Below are positions 1 to 9,522 of a stretch of DNA of 64,000 nt, one piece after another. A model generated the notes under the pieces. That model ran no database searches. It had not been told where the DNA came from and saw only the letters and a list, made by a program, of their open reading frames with translations. The DNA is taken from contig JAJNBL010000010.1 of the NCBI GenBank assembly GCA_021156175.1, positions 19,242 to 83,241 of the forward strand, read 5' to 3'. Each line of letters opens with the position of its first letter. The first letter of the stretch is position 1. A program made the position numbers and the translations under genes. Source of the DNA: Rickettsiales bacterium (GTDB lineage: Bacteria > Pseudomonadota > Alphaproteobacteria > Rickettsiales > JAJNBL01).

Positions 1-1001
1 GGATTCTGCCCACCATGCGGAATCAAGGATCCACCGATAAACACAAGTTGCGCAAGCCGGTAAAACAGGCCCAGTTCTCCCATCGTATCGGCGAGATAAA
101 TATCCGTTTCGGGCGTAATAGTATCCTGTTTAGAACGTAATGCTACCGAGAATCCTTGCGCGGTGAGCGTTGTTGCAATCTCTTCCCCACGCCGCGCATG
201 ACGGGGGACAATAATCGTCAAGAGGCCAGGATAATCTACTTTAAGCTTTTGGTGCGTTGCCGCACATTGCGTTTCTTCATCCGAATGCGTGCTCGCGGCA
301 AGCCACAAAGGACGGTCGTGTAATAACTGCTGCATCCGTTTAAGTTCTTGTGCATCAAAAGGAAGCGGTGGTGCATCGTCTTTAAGATTCCCAATAAAAC
401 GCACTCTCGGGGCGCCAAGCACTTGTAAGCGTTCTTCATCCTGTGGGCTTTGCGGAAGGCATAAACTAAAGCATGAGAGAATGGTGCGGCACAGGCCTCC
501 ATAGCGCTGCCAGCGCACGAAAGAATTATCAGAGATACGGGCATTTAAAAGTATCATCGGCGATTGCTTGCGTGTTGCCATCATGAGGTTTGGCCAGAAT
601 TCCGATTCCACCCACACGGCAAGATTGGGCTTCCAGTGGGCAACGAATGATTCGACATAAGAAGGTATATCGACGGGGATATATTGATGTATCGCACGCG
701 CAGGCAAACGTTCTTTCGCAAGTGCGGCGGAAGTCACGGTGCCGGTAGTAAGCAGCAACGAAAGCTGCGGGTTACGCTTTAGCAATTCAGTAATCAGCGG
801 AAGAACGGAAATAGTTTCCCCCATGCTCGCTGCATGCATCCATACAAGCATTCCTTCGGGTCTTGGCAGCGAGGGCACACCTATCCGTTCATGGGATCGT
901 GTGGGATCTTCTTTTCCTTTTTTAAGGCGATGTGCAAGATACACCCGAATCAAGGGAGTACCCAAAACAGTAAGCCAGCGATAGAGAAAAAAAAGTGGCA
1001 T
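1..1001 (-). CDS. waaA: 3-deoxy-D-manno-octulosonic acid (Kdo) transferase, N-terminal ~333 codons; the C-terminus lies beyond the window start
   Basis: My own translation of the minus strand from the ATG at 1001. It is absent from the ORF track because it runs off the edge. Sequence: MPLFFLYRWLTVLGTPLIRVYLAHRLKKGKEDPTRSHERIGVPSLPRPEGMLVWMHAASMGETISVLPLITELLK...IVPRHARRGEEI...DTMGELGLFYRLAQLVFIGGSLIPHGGQN. This is the Kdo transferase pattern. It starts 1 nt after the DUF374 stop, the usual alphaproteobacterial arrangement. Confidence 0.88.
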   Translation of the reverse strand, partial: MPLFFLYRWLTVLGTPLIRVYLAHRLKKGKEDPTRSHERIGVPSLPRPEGMLVWMHAASMGETISVLPLITELLKRNPQLSLLLTTGTVTSAALAKERLPARAIHQYIPVDIPSYVESFVAHWKPNLAVWVESEFWPNLMMATRKQSPMILLNARISDNSFVRWQRYGGLCRTILSCFSLCLPQSPQDEERLQVLGAPRVRFIGNLKDDAPPLPFDAQELKRMQQLLHDRPLWLAASTHSDEETQCAATHQKLKVDYPGLLTIIVPRHARRGEEIATTLTAQGFSVALRSKQDTITPETDIYLADTMGELGLFYRLAQLVFIGGSLIPHGGQN

Positions 1002-1002
1002 A

Positions 1003-1716
1003 TTAAACCAAAGGCTCTGCGGGTTTGATGGGAGTAATACCCATGGCGGCATCGGCCTGATGGGTAATGCGGTTTAATTCGTCTTCTAGCTGTTGACGAT
1101 ACACTTCAACTTGTTCGCGTGTTGCATCCACGGAAGGAGTAATCGTATTTCCATATATAAACGTTCCCTGTCCGAAGGGCAACGGCAGCATGAAACGATC
1201 CCAACTTTTGAATATTTTGCAGCGCGAAGTTGAGAAGGTAACGGGCATCAATGTTGCTCCTGTGTTGCGGGTTATCTCCACAACGCCGGTAGTGACAGCA
1301 TGCATACGTGGGCCTCGTGGGCCATCGGGAGTGAAACCTAAAGCTTCCCCGTTTTTAAGTTTCCGGACACTTTCTCGGAAGGCCACAAGCGCGCCTTGTT
1401 TGCCCGTGGAGCCGCGTATAAGATTAAATCCAAAATAACGTATTATACTCCCAATCATCTCGCCATCCCGATGGAATGAAACAACGACATTCATTTGCGG
1501 AAAATGGTTTGGCCAAATATTGGGGATCATGCAAAGCCTGCCATGCCAGAAGACCATAACAATCGGCGTATTTGTCGCAGCAAGGGCATCGAGCCGGTCG
1601 CGTCCTACTACAATCCAACGGGTGGTATGATGACAAAAAAGGATATAGCCATAAAGAAAACGGCACAAAATACTTTGCGTAATGCGGTGATGCAAAATTC
1701 GTTTGCTGAGTCTCAT
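1003..1716 (-). CDS. DUF374-family lysophospholipid acyltransferase-like protein
   Basis: 237-aa ORF with VFWHGR...SFHRDGE...GFTPDGPRGP motifs typical of the DUF374/LPLAT family. It sits between msbA and waaA. Confidence 0.8.
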   Translation of the reverse strand: MRLSKRILHHRITQSILCRFLYGYILFCHHTTRWIVVGRDRLDALAATNTPIVMVFWHGRLCMIPNIWPNHFPQMNVVVSFHRDGEMIGSIIRYFGFNLIRGSTGKQGALVAFRESVRKLKNGEALGFTPDGPRGPRMHAVTTGVVEITRNTGATLMPVTFSTSRCKIFKSWDRFMLPLPFGQGTFIYGNTITPSVDATREQVEVYRQQLEDELNRITHQADAAMGITPIKPAEPLV

Positions 1717-1722
1717 TGTGTC

Positions 1723-3564
1723 TTATTCCTCAAGCATGCCATTATGCTGTTGCAGATAAAGCGTACTGTAAGCTCCACCTTGTGCAAGTAAGGCCTCGTG
1801 CGTACCGGATTCCACAACCCTTCCATTTTCCATCACATAGATAATATCCGCATGCATAATCGTTGAAAGCCGATGCGCAATAACGAGTGTGCTGCGCCCT
1901 TCCATAAGTCTGTCGAGTGCCTTTTGGATTTGGAGTTCGGAAACGGTATCGAGTGCCGAGGTTGCCTCATCCAGCAATAAGATCGGAGCATTTTTCAGCA
2001 TCGCCCGCGCAATAGCAATCCGCTGGCGCTGGCCTCCGGAAAGCTTCACACCGCGTTGGCCAATCATCGCATCGTATCCTTCCGGCAACTCCATAATGAA
2101 TTCATGCGCCGCGGCCATTTTTGCTGCCTGGACGATTTCTTCCTCCGTCGCATCCAGTTTTCCATACGCAATGTTTGCACGCACCGTATCATCAAATAAG
2201 GTGACTTCCTGATTCACCACCGCCATCGATTCGCGAAGGCTTGTGAGAGTCACCTGGCGGATATCTTGGCGGTCAATCGTGATGGTCCCGCTATGAGGAT
2301 CATAAAAGCGTAAGAGCAGGTTCGTGAGGGTCGATTTCCCGCCGCCGGATTTTCCGACCAATGCGACCATCTTGCCCGGCGGAACATGAATCGAGATATC
2401 ATCCAGCGCGGTTTTATCTTTCCCATAACGGAACGACACATGATGGAAATGGATTTCGCCTTGAGTAAGCACAAGTGCTTTGGCGTTAGGTGCATCAATG
2501 ACATGCGCATGGGTATCGAGTACTGAGAACAAACGTTGGGCTGCGGCTAAACCTTCTTGCACATTGCTATTGAGTTTGGACAAACCTTTTACCGGTTTAT
2601 AGGCCATCAACAATGCGGTAATAAAAGAGAAGAAGGCTCCTGGAGTGGTCGTGCCATCAAGCACGTGCGAACCGCCATACCAAATCACCGCGGCAACGGA
2701 GATCCCACCTAATGTTTCCGTTAGTGGAGAGGTGATGGCTTCCGTCCTTGCTGCTTTGGCATAAAGACGGAAAAGCGAATCAAGTGTGCCAGTTGCGCGT
2801 TTGGATTCATAGCCTTCCCGCGCATAAGCTTTGATCATGCGAACGCCTTGGAATGTCTCATCAAGCCGTGTGGTGAATTCACCCAGTTCCTGTTGGGTAT
2901 TGCGTGCAATTTTGCGCATACGGCGGCTAATTTTGAGCATCGGGAAAATAGTGATCGGAAATACCGTAAAAGCAATCAGCGCCAGTTCCCAGCTCTGGTA
3001 AAACATGACCCCTACCAGGAAAACAAGCGTAAGCGCTTCACGGCCAATGCCGGTCAGGATATTGGCAATACTGTAGCGCATAATTTCGATGTCATGCGTA
3101 AAGCGCGAAATAAGTGTGCCGGAGCTTTGTCCGGAAAGCAGTGCAACATCGGCATAAAGCAGGTGGTTGTAGAGCTCCTTCTTGATGTCCGTAATAATGG
3201 AACGTCCTAAATACGCCATCGCTACCGATTGCCCATAGCCCGCAATGCCTTTGATCATCGCAAGAATAATCACGGCAATCGGAATGAGTGCCAGCATTTT
3301 TGTATCTTTTTCGACAAATATCTTATCGAGTGCCGGCTGCATCATCCAAGCGTTAGCGGCTGTAGCGCTAGCGACAATGACCATGCAGGATAGGGCAAAG
3401 AATATCTTCTTCACATGCGGACGAACATAATCCCGGAATAGCCGGGAAAGGAGATAAAAAGAGGAGGTTTCTGCAGGGAGCGCTGTGTGCACGGTTATGG
3501 GCTCAAGGACGTTATTATCGATAGCGCCCAAGCATAACCCCTCCTTATTAAGGGGTAAAGTCAT
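1723..3564 (-). CDS. msbA: ABC transporter permease/ATPase fusion, lipid A exporter MsbA-like
   Basis: 613 aa. It has an N-terminal six-TM exporter domain, then Walker A GKSGGGKST, signature LSGGQRQR and Walker B ILLLDEATSALD. The msbA assignment comes from its position upstream of DUF374-waaA. The exact start is uncertain. Confidence 0.85.
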   Translation of the reverse strand: MTLPLNKEGLCLGAIDNNVLEPITVHTALPAETSSFYLLSRLFRDYVRPHVKKIFFALSCMVIVASATAANAWMMQPALDKIFVEKDTKMLALIPIAVIILAMIKGIAGYGQSVAMAYLGRSIITDIKKELYNHLLYADVALLSGQSSGTLISRFTHDIEIMRYSIANILTGIGREALTLVFLVGVMFYQSWELALIAFTVFPITIFPMLKISRRMRKIARNTQQELGEFTTRLDETFQGVRMIKAYAREGYESKRATGTLDSLFRLYAKAARTEAITSPLTETLGGISVAAVIWYGGSHVLDGTTTPGAFFSFITALLMAYKPVKGLSKLNSNVQEGLAAAQRLFSVLDTHAHVIDAPNAKALVLTQGEIHFHHVSFRYGKDKTALDDISIHVPPGKMVALVGKSGGGKSTLTNLLLRFYDPHSGTITIDRQDIRQVTLTSLRESMAVVNQEVTLFDDTVRANIAYGKLDATEEEIVQAAKMAAAHEFIMELPEGYDAMIGQRGVKLSGGQRQRIAIARAMLKNAPILLLDEATSALDTVSELQIQKALDRLMEGRSTLVIAHRLSTIMHADIIYVMENGRVVESGTHEALLAQGGAYSTLYLQQHNGMLEE

Positions 3565-4300
3565 TTAAAGGATAAAAATAGATCAAGCGGCAGGAGAGTT
3601 CTTTGTTGGCAAAGTTATAGATCTGCGGAGTGCCGGTATCACAATTCGCAGGAGCATCCGCACCGCTATCGGCAATCACAATGCCGCTTCGTGGTTGGCC
3701 ATCATCCAGTTTCCGATCAAGGTTTGCCATATCTTCGGGGGTGAGGGCAGAATTCAGCGGCTTATCATTGAGCTTTGATCCGCCAAGCACAATAGCATCA
3801 CCGCTTGCCAATGAATACCAGGAGGCGTAATCGAGGTAATATCCTGCGCCACCGCTATTAAGGGTAGAAACGGGCACGTTTGTGCCAAAAACCGCGTAGT
3901 CATTGCCCCCAGAGACGGCTGCTCCCGTATAGCCACCTTCCATCAGCTGTGCGAGTACGAGATGCTGCCATGCCCGGAAATTTTCATTGCCCGTAGGGCC
4001 GCCACTGTTGGTGATATGTCCATCACCATTGCCGTTTGCTGTGCCGGAAGTCCAATGGAGCGTGGCTGTGCTGATATCGCCGGGAGCTGCACCGTATTTA
4101 TCGCGGAATGCCAACACTTGACCCCGCAAGCTAGCGATTTCCTTAATGACTTCCTGGAGTTCCGATTGGCGCAATAAGTGCCTTCCCGCTAATACACCGC
4201 TGATCCCAAGGCCAATAATGACCAGCACGATGGAAAGTTCCAAGAGGGAAATACCTTTTTGAGTTGAAAAAAACGAAGAGCGGCATCGCACGGTGGTCAT
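3548..4300 (-). CDS. Prepilin-type N-terminal cleavage/methylation domain protein (type IV pilin or pseudopilin-like)
   Basis: The N-terminus MTTVRCRSSFFSTQKG/ISLLELSIVLVIIGL fits the G/(F,I,M)xxxE prepilin motif, with Glu at +5 and a hydrophobic helix. The body is Gly/Asn/Thr-rich. A C-terminal Cys pair (NCDTGTPQIYNFANKELSC) resembles a pilin D-region. Confidence 0.7.
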   Translation of the reverse strand: MTTVRCRSSFFSTQKGISLLELSIVLVIIGLGISGVLAGRHLLRQSELQEVIKEIASLRGQVLAFRDKYGAAPGDISTATLHWTSGTANGNGDGHITNSGGPTGNENFRAWQHLVLAQLMEGGYTGAAVSGGNDYAVFGTNVPVSTLNSGGAGYYLDYASWYSLASGDAIVLGGSKLNDKPLNSALTPEDMANLDRKLDDGQPRSGIVIADSGADAPANCDTGTPQIYNFANKELSCRLIYFYPLNDFTP

Positions 4301-4322
4301 AGTAACCTGCTATAGGATAATA

Positions 4323-5918
4323 CTAATTGGTATTTTTACGACGTAAGAATGCCGGGATATCAAAGAGGTCGTCTTTGTAATCGCCACCTGTCGTTTCTTC
4401 CACCAGGACTTTCTCTTGTTCTGGTCGGGAAGGGCGTGTTCTAGGCTCAGATTGGCGCACAGGAGATTCCATGACGGATGAAGAGACTTTATCTCCCTTA
4501 AAACGCCCGCCGGTCATACGATCAAAGAAACTTCCCGATTGATTTTCATCACCTTCAGAAGCTTCATCATATTCTTCAAAATCAGCATCGTCTTCATCGG
4601 TTTCTTCTTCGTATTCGCTTTGCGCATACGCTGGATCATCATAGCCTTCTGGCTCAACAGGAGAAGGAGGAATGAAGGAAGCTTTGCCGAGGGCATTTGT
4701 ATAAACGCCAGGGCGGGAAGAGGTTTCTGTCTCGTCTTCTTCCTCTTCTTCATCAAGGAATTGCTCTACTGCACGGGAAGGGGTGTTTTGCACCGCTGCG
4801 TGACGTGGAGATTCATATACTTCGCGTTCTTGTTGGATAGGACGTGAAGCATTTATTTGTGCCTGACGTTGAGATGCTGTTTGTTGTACCGGTGCTGCCG
4901 CTTGAGCTTTTGCAGGGTGGCGTGTATTTGGCGTACGGCTTGTGCTACCGCCTGCAGGTTCAATTCCTGTCGCAATCACAGATACGCGGATTTTGCCATC
5001 CATTGCTTCATTGAAGGTTGAACCGAAGATGATATTCGCATCCACTTCGACTTCTTCACGGATGCGGTTTGCTGCTTCATCCACTTCGAACAGTGTCATA
5101 TCGCCACCGCCGGTGATGTTAATCAGTACGCCGCGTGCACCTTTCATCGAGACATTATCAAGTAGTGGGTTAGAAATAGCCGCTTCTGCTGCCACCATCG
5201 CACGGTTCTCACCTTCAGCTTCACCAGTGCCCATCATTGCTTTGCCCATTTCAGTCATGACGGTGCGGATATCCGCGAAATCCAGGTTAATGAGACCTGG
5301 CATCATGATAAGATCAGTCACGCCACGAACGCCCGAATGGAGTACGTTATCGGCAAGTTTAAACGCATCAGCAAACGTTGTTTTTTCGGTTGCGATACGG
5401 AAAAGATTCTGGTTTGGGATAACGATCAGCGTATCCACATAACGTTGGAGTTCTTCGATCCCGAGTTCCGCGATTTTCATGCGGTGTGCGCCTTCAAAAT
5501 GGAAAGGCTTGGTCACCACACCAACGGTCAGGATACCTTGCTCGCGCGCCGCTTTTGCAATCACAGGAGCTGCACCGGTACCCGTACCACCGCCCATTCC
5601 GCCGGTGATAAACACCATGTTCGGATCGGCCAAATGCTCTAAAATACGTCCGATTGATTCTTCTGCTGCAGCAGATCCGATATCCGGAGAAGCGCCAGCG
5701 CCTAAGCCGCGCGTGATGTTATCACCCAATTGGATGCGGTGATCCGCTTTGGAATATTCCAGAGCCTGTGCATCCGTATTCGCCACCACAAAGCTAACGC
5801 CTTGTAGGTTGGAGGTAATCATATTATTGACCGCGTTTCCGCCTGCGCCTCCAACACCAAACACCGTAATTTTTGGATTAAAATCCTGTGATGCGGGAAG
5901 TTGTAAATTCAGGCTCAT
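4323..5918 (-). CDS. ftsZ: Cell division GTPase FtsZ with a long acidic linker
   Basis: [13 protein letters not shown] and [13 protein letters not shown] tubulin signature motifs. Conserved C-terminal peptide [13 protein letters not shown]. Confidence 0.97.
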   Translation of the reverse strand: MSLNLQLPASQDFNPKITVFGVGGAGGNAVNNMITSNLQGVSFVVANTDAQALEYSKADHRIQLGDNITRGLGAGASPDIGSAAAEESIGRILEHLADPNMVFITGGMGGGTGTGAAPVIAKAAREQGILTVGVVTKPFHFEGAHRMKIAELGIEELQRYVDTLIVIPNQNLFRIATEKTTFADAFKLADNVLHSGVRGVTDLIMMPGLINLDFADIRTVMTEMGKAMMGTGEAEGENRAMVAAEAAISNPLLDNVSMKGARGVLINITGGGDMTLFEVDEAANRIREEVEVDANIIFGSTFNEAMDGKIRVSVIATGIEPAGGSTSRTPNTRHPAKAQAAAPVQQTASQRQAQINASRPIQQEREVYESPRHAAVQNTPSRAVEQFLDEEEEEDETETSSRPGVYTNALGKASFIPPSPVEPEGYDDPAYAQSEYEEETDEDDADFEEYDEASEGDENQSGSFFDRMTGGRFKGDKVSSSVMESPVRQSEPRTRPSRPEQEKVLVEETTGGDYKDDLFDIPAFLRRKNTN

Positions 5919-6017
5919 GGTCTATCTCCTAGCGTATTAGTGTGATGCGTCTTTGGCGGCCCTTGGCACTTCTCAAAATGCGAAGGGTATATTGCACAAT
6001 TTTCAATGTCTTGTATA

Positions 6018-7256
6018 TCAGAAATTTTCTTTAATCCAGCCCATCATCCGGTTTACGGTCTTTCCGCTTAAACCTGCAGTTGGATTAGTGTAGGTCATGT
6101 CATCAGTTTTGTCCGCAACATACTGTAAAATCCCCACAGAAGTCGAGAACGCAGGACCTTTGGTGCTCTCGGCCAGGCCTGGAAGCGGACGAGGAGCGGC
6201 CACGCGCACCTGCTTATTAAACATGTAGCTCGCAAGCTCTTTCATGCCGCCTAACTGGCTTGCACCGCCGGTTAAGACGATACGTCCCAAGGCTCTACGA
6301 TCAATGCCTCTGGTTTCCAATCGGCGTTTCACGAGATCAAAAATTTCCTCGACCCGTGGACGTAAGATATCGCCGAGTTCCACACGGGAAAACTGCCGGC
6401 TTTCGACTTCTTCTTCGCCCATTTGCGGCACTTCAATCATATCACGACGATCCACATCGGCTTGGATGAGGTTCCCATAAAGTGTTTTAATCCGCTCAGC
6501 GCTTGCTAAATTAGTGGATAATCCCCAGGCAATATCGCTGGTTACATGGATTCCGCCCAAGCCCACACTATCAGTATGAATCATATCCCCATCACGGAAT
6601 ACGGAAATCGAGGTATGCCCACCGCCCATATCCAGCAATGTTGCGCCTAAATGCCGCTCGTCATCGGTAAGACAAGCTAGTCCCGAGGCATAAGGAGAAA
6701 CGATACATTCTGCAATATCCAACTGGCAGCGCGCCAGGCAATTGGTGATATTTAAAAGAGAAGTTGAAGTGGTGGTAACGGTATGCATTCGTGTGGTAAG
6801 CACATCCCCAAACATACCTCTGGGGTCACTGATGCCCGTTTCGCCATCTAGCACATAATCAACAGGCAAACAGTGGACAACTTCTTGATTTCCTTCTGAG
6901 AATCGTCCATATCCTTCCTGGATAATGCGCTCGATATCCCGAGGGGTAATTTCCCGACCCTGGATTTGCTGTTCCACCGACACCGTATGGGAAGCCACTT
7001 TACTACCTGAAATACTTACATAAACCTGTTCTATATTCACATCCGCCATCTGTTCCGCAGCATGCACAGCAGAGAGAATTGCAGTTTCCGCAGCACGAAT
7101 ATCGGTAATCACGCCTGCCCGAATCCCTTGGGAAACCTGGTGCCCGATCCCGATCACTTCCAGCTGCCGTGCCGGGTTGATTTGCGCGATAAAGCAGGCG
7201 ATTTTGGTGCTGCCTAAATCCAAAACGGCAAAGAGACGGGGTTTGTGCTTGGTCAT
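6018..7256 (-). CDS. ftsA: Cell division protein FtsA
   Basis: Actin-like ATPase: AVLDLGSTKIACFIA, LLDMGGGHTSISVF and LTGGASQLGGM. I placed the start at the internal ATG (MTKHKPRLFAVLDLGS) rather than the track start at 7310. Confidence 0.94.
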   Translation of the reverse strand: MTKHKPRLFAVLDLGSTKIACFIAQINPARQLEVIGIGHQVSQGIRAGVITDIRAAETAILSAVHAAEQMADVNIEQVYVSISGSKVASHTVSVEQQIQGREITPRDIERIIQEGYGRFSEGNQEVVHCLPVDYVLDGETGISDPRGMFGDVLTTRMHTVTTTSTSLLNITNCLARCQLDIAECIVSPYASGLACLTDDERHLGATLLDMGGGHTSISVFRDGDMIHTDSVGLGGIHVTSDIAWGLSTNLASAERIKTLYGNLIQADVDRRDMIEVPQMGEEEVESRQFSRVELGDILRPRVEEIFDLVKRRLETRGIDRRALGRIVLTGGASQLGGMKELASYMFNKQVRVAAPRPLPGLAESTKGPAFSTSVGILQYVADKTDDMTYTNPTAGLSGKTVNRMMGWIKENF

Positions 7257-7450
7257 GTGAGTGGTTCCGGGTTGTAGGAGATATAGGCGAAGTATAACGT
7301 AAAGAAGCACCTTGCGACAAGTGCAAGAATGAAAGAAAAATTTTCCTTGCGATCTTAAGAGATGATTTGCCTTATTTTAGAGATGGTAAGCAAATTAAAT
7401 ATTTATCCCATGCGCTTGCTGTTGCTATCGCATTATGATAATATAAAACT

Positions 7451-7819
7451 ATGTTGATTCTAAAGCGACTCTCTATCTTTTTGTTTATCATGGCCTTTGT
7501 GACAGGCTTCGTGTTGCCAAGCTATGCTGCCGCTATGCCTATGCTGGCAAAAGCAGAACAAACCTCCCAACCCCATTGCGCGGAGATGGCGGCGAAAGCT
7601 TCCACAGTGGAGAAAACCTCTCTCCCGGCTAAACCTTGCTGTGAAAAGAGCTGTCAGTGTGTGATGAGCCTCTCGTCAAACACATTTTATCCTCCAGTGT
7701 CTGAAGGTGTAATCACACTTTCTGTCCGTTCAATTACCCATCCACTTAGCCCAGGCGCAGCGCTTGTATCCCGTGTGGATGATGTCCCGTTAACTCCTCC
7801 TAAATCACTCTCTGTATAA
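7451..7819 (+). CDS. Small secreted or membrane-anchored Cys-rich hypothetical protein
   Basis: 122 aa with an N-terminal hydrophobic signal or anchor (LSIFLFIMAFVTGFVLPSYAAA), then HCAEM and CCEKSCQC cysteine clusters. It is the first gene of a co-directional four-gene cluster. Confidence 0.5.
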   Translation: MLILKRLSIFLFIMAFVTGFVLPSYAAAMPMLAKAEQTSQPHCAEMAAKASTVEKTSLPAKPCCEKSCQCVMSLSSNTFYPPVSEGVITLSVRSITHPLSPGAALVSRVDDVPLTPPKSLSV

Positions 7820-7859
7820 AGATCCTGTTTTTATTAGAATTTTTATTAGGAGGAAAGCC

Positions 7860-8510
7860 ATGCGGCTGATGTTTTACGTCCTATTTCCTGCATTGCTGCT
7901 GGGATTAGGAGCTGCACCTGTCTATGCCCGTCCGGTATCGTATGCCGGCGGCTGGATGGCCATGCAAATGAATGATGGGGATGGACATTCCCTGCTACTC
8001 AATTATTCACCGACAGCCAAATATTCGGTGGGTTATAAGGGCGAATATTGGAATGAGAAGGAATGGCAATTCCATGGGGTGGGGTTAAATAATTTGCTCT
8101 ATCGCTGGAATAATCCCGACTCACAAGGGAACCTCTATCTTTCCTCAGGTGCGGGCGTGGCCTATAGCGATTTTGGTACGTACGATGGGAAAGCCCAAGC
8201 CGCGGGCTTTACGGGTATTATAGCGGATTGGGAGGATCGGAGGTTTTTTGTGTCCTACGAAAACCGCCTGACCTATGCCGGGGACATCGACCAATCGTTT
8301 ACTGAGCGGGGAAGACTTGGCATTGCCCCCTATGTTGCGGAATACGGCGCACTCCATACCTGGTTCATGGTCCAATTCGACCATAAGCCCGGAATGGAAG
8401 ATGTCTTTACCGTAACTCCGTTGGTGCGCCTGTTTAAAGGCTCTGCATTGGTAGAAGTGGGGGTGAGTGACCAAAAAGATGTATTACTGAATGTAACCTA
8501 TGGATTTTAA
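7860..8510 (+). CDS. Putative outer-membrane beta-barrel protein
   Basis: Signal peptide ending VYA/RP, alternating amphipathic Tyr/Gly-rich strands and a C-terminal ...VTYGF with terminal Phe. RBS aggagga lies upstream. Confidence 0.55.
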   Translation: MRLMFYVLFPALLLGLGAAPVYARPVSYAGGWMAMQMNDGDGHSLLLNYSPTAKYSVGYKGEYWNEKEWQFHGVGLNNLLYRWNNPDSQGNLYLSSGAGVAYSDFGTYDGKAQAAGFTGIIADWEDRRFFVSYENRLTYAGDIDQSFTERGRLGIAPYVAEYGALHTWFMVQFDHKPGMEDVFTVTPLVRLFKGSALVEVGVSDQKDVLLNVTYGF

Positions 8511-8526
8511 ATCAAGGAGAATGACT

Positions 8527-8895
8527 ATGACGAAAGTATTTATCTACGGAATGTTGGTAATGGCAGCAATAGCGGTGGGTTGTGCGGCTCCCGCCTATGC
8601 GCATCACACCCCAGATCATAAAGAGTTATCCGATACCGATAAGCAGGGAAAGGTTCCAAGCATTGAAGGAGCGGACCATACCGTGACCGTCGATGTTAAC
8701 GGACTCGTCTGTGATTTTTGCGCGCGGTCATTGGAGAAGCTCTTCATGCAGCGCGAAGAGGTCAGTGGCATTGATGTTAACCTCACCACCAAAAAGGTGA
8801 GTGTGGGCTTGAAGAAGGGGATGGATATCGATGATGCGACGCTAACTGGGCTCATTACCGATGCAGGCTATAACGTTGTATCCATCACCCGATAA
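8527..8895 (+). CDS. Periplasmic heavy-metal-associated (HMA) domain protein, MerP-like
   Basis: Signal peptide MTKVFIYGMLVMAAIAVGCAAPAYA, a His-rich mature N-terminus (HHTPDH) and an HMA fold with a variant metal motif, VDVNGLVCDFCARSLEK...GYNVVSI. The start was chosen at the ATG 7 nt after the RBS aaggaga. Confidence 0.7.
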   Translation: MTKVFIYGMLVMAAIAVGCAAPAYAHHTPDHKELSDTDKQGKVPSIEGADHTVTVDVNGLVCDFCARSLEKLFMQREEVSGIDVNLTTKKVSVGLKKGMDIDDATLTGLITDAGYNVVSITR

Positions 8896-8906
8896 GGAGT
8901 CTTATA

Positions 8907-9290
8907 ATGTCCTCTTCGTTATGGAAACAGACGGTTATGCCGTTTTTAAGCCTGTTTACCTCGATGGGAACTCTCGTCTGTTGTGCCCTCCCAGCGTTAT
9001 TCGTAACGCTTGGGATGGGTGCAACCCTGGCAGGGTTTGTATCGAATGCAGGCTGGTTGGTGGCCTTATCCGAGCATAAACCTTTAGTTTTTGGGATAGC
9101 GGGGAGTGTGCTCCTGGCGACTGGGATATGGCGCTACTTCCAGCGCAATGCCCCGTGCCCGATCGATCCTCTGGCTGCCAAAGCCTGTATGCGCTTACGA
9201 CGGATAAGCGCTGTTAGTTATTGGATATCCGTCGCGATCTATCTCGTCGGAATTTTCTTTGCCTTTATCGCCGTACGACTGTTTTACTAA
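8907..9290 (+). CDS. MerT-like inner-membrane thiophilic-metal transporter
   Basis: 127 aa with three predicted TM segments. A vicinal Cys pair sits in TM1 (GTLVCCALPAL, residues 25-26) and a second pair in the TM2-TM3 loop (APCPIDPLAAKAC). This is the same layout as MerT. Confidence 0.68.
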   Translation: MSSSLWKQTVMPFLSLFTSMGTLVCCALPALFVTLGMGATLAGFVSNAGWLVALSEHKPLVFGIAGSVLLATGIWRYFQRNAPCPIDPLAAKACMRLRRISAVSYWISVAIYLVGIFFAFIAVRLFY

Positions 9291-9339
9291 AGGCAGGAAA
9301 ATACCTTGCAATAGGCATATAAATATGGTTAATTTGGCG

Positions 9340-9390
9340 CCCTCTCCTTACCCTTTTAGAACAGGAAGGAGAGGGTTGCCTTTAGTTTCA
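9340..9390 (+). terminator. Hairpin downstream of the MerT-like gene
   Basis: A 10-bp stem, ccctctcctt (9340-9349) with aaggagaggg (9366-9375), followed by ttgccttt. The loop is long (16 nt), so confidence is modest. Confidence 0.4.
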
Positions 9391-9397
9391 AGGCTTA

Positions 9398-9482
9398 GCG
9401 GATGTGGTGGAATTGGTAGACACCCTAGATTTAGGTTCTAGTGCCGCAAGGCGTGGGGGTTCAAGTCCCTCCATCCGCACCA
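9398..9482 (+). tRNA. tRNA-Leu, anticodon TAG
   Basis: The cloverleaf folds by hand. Acceptor GCGGATG pairs with CATCCGC. Anticodon stem CTAGA/TCTAG carries loop TTTAGGT. There is a long variable arm, T-arm GGGGGTTCAAGTCCCTC and an encoded CCA. Confidence 0.93.
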
Positions 9483-9522
9483 ATATTTATCAGTATATCA
9501 TAATGTGAAGGCGGGCGTTTCC

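Noticed and set aside
7451-9290. A bona fide mercury-resistance (mer) operon
   Set aside because: There is no merA reductase, merR or merD in or next to the cluster. The gene order and the HMA motif variant (CDFC) are atypical. I retain it only as a MerP/MerT-like module of unknown metal specificity.
9398-9482. tRNA-Leu or ssrA as a genomic-island integration site
   Set aside because: No integrase, no direct repeat of the tRNA or tmRNA 3' end and no phage or IS genes were seen downstream of either RNA gene within the window.
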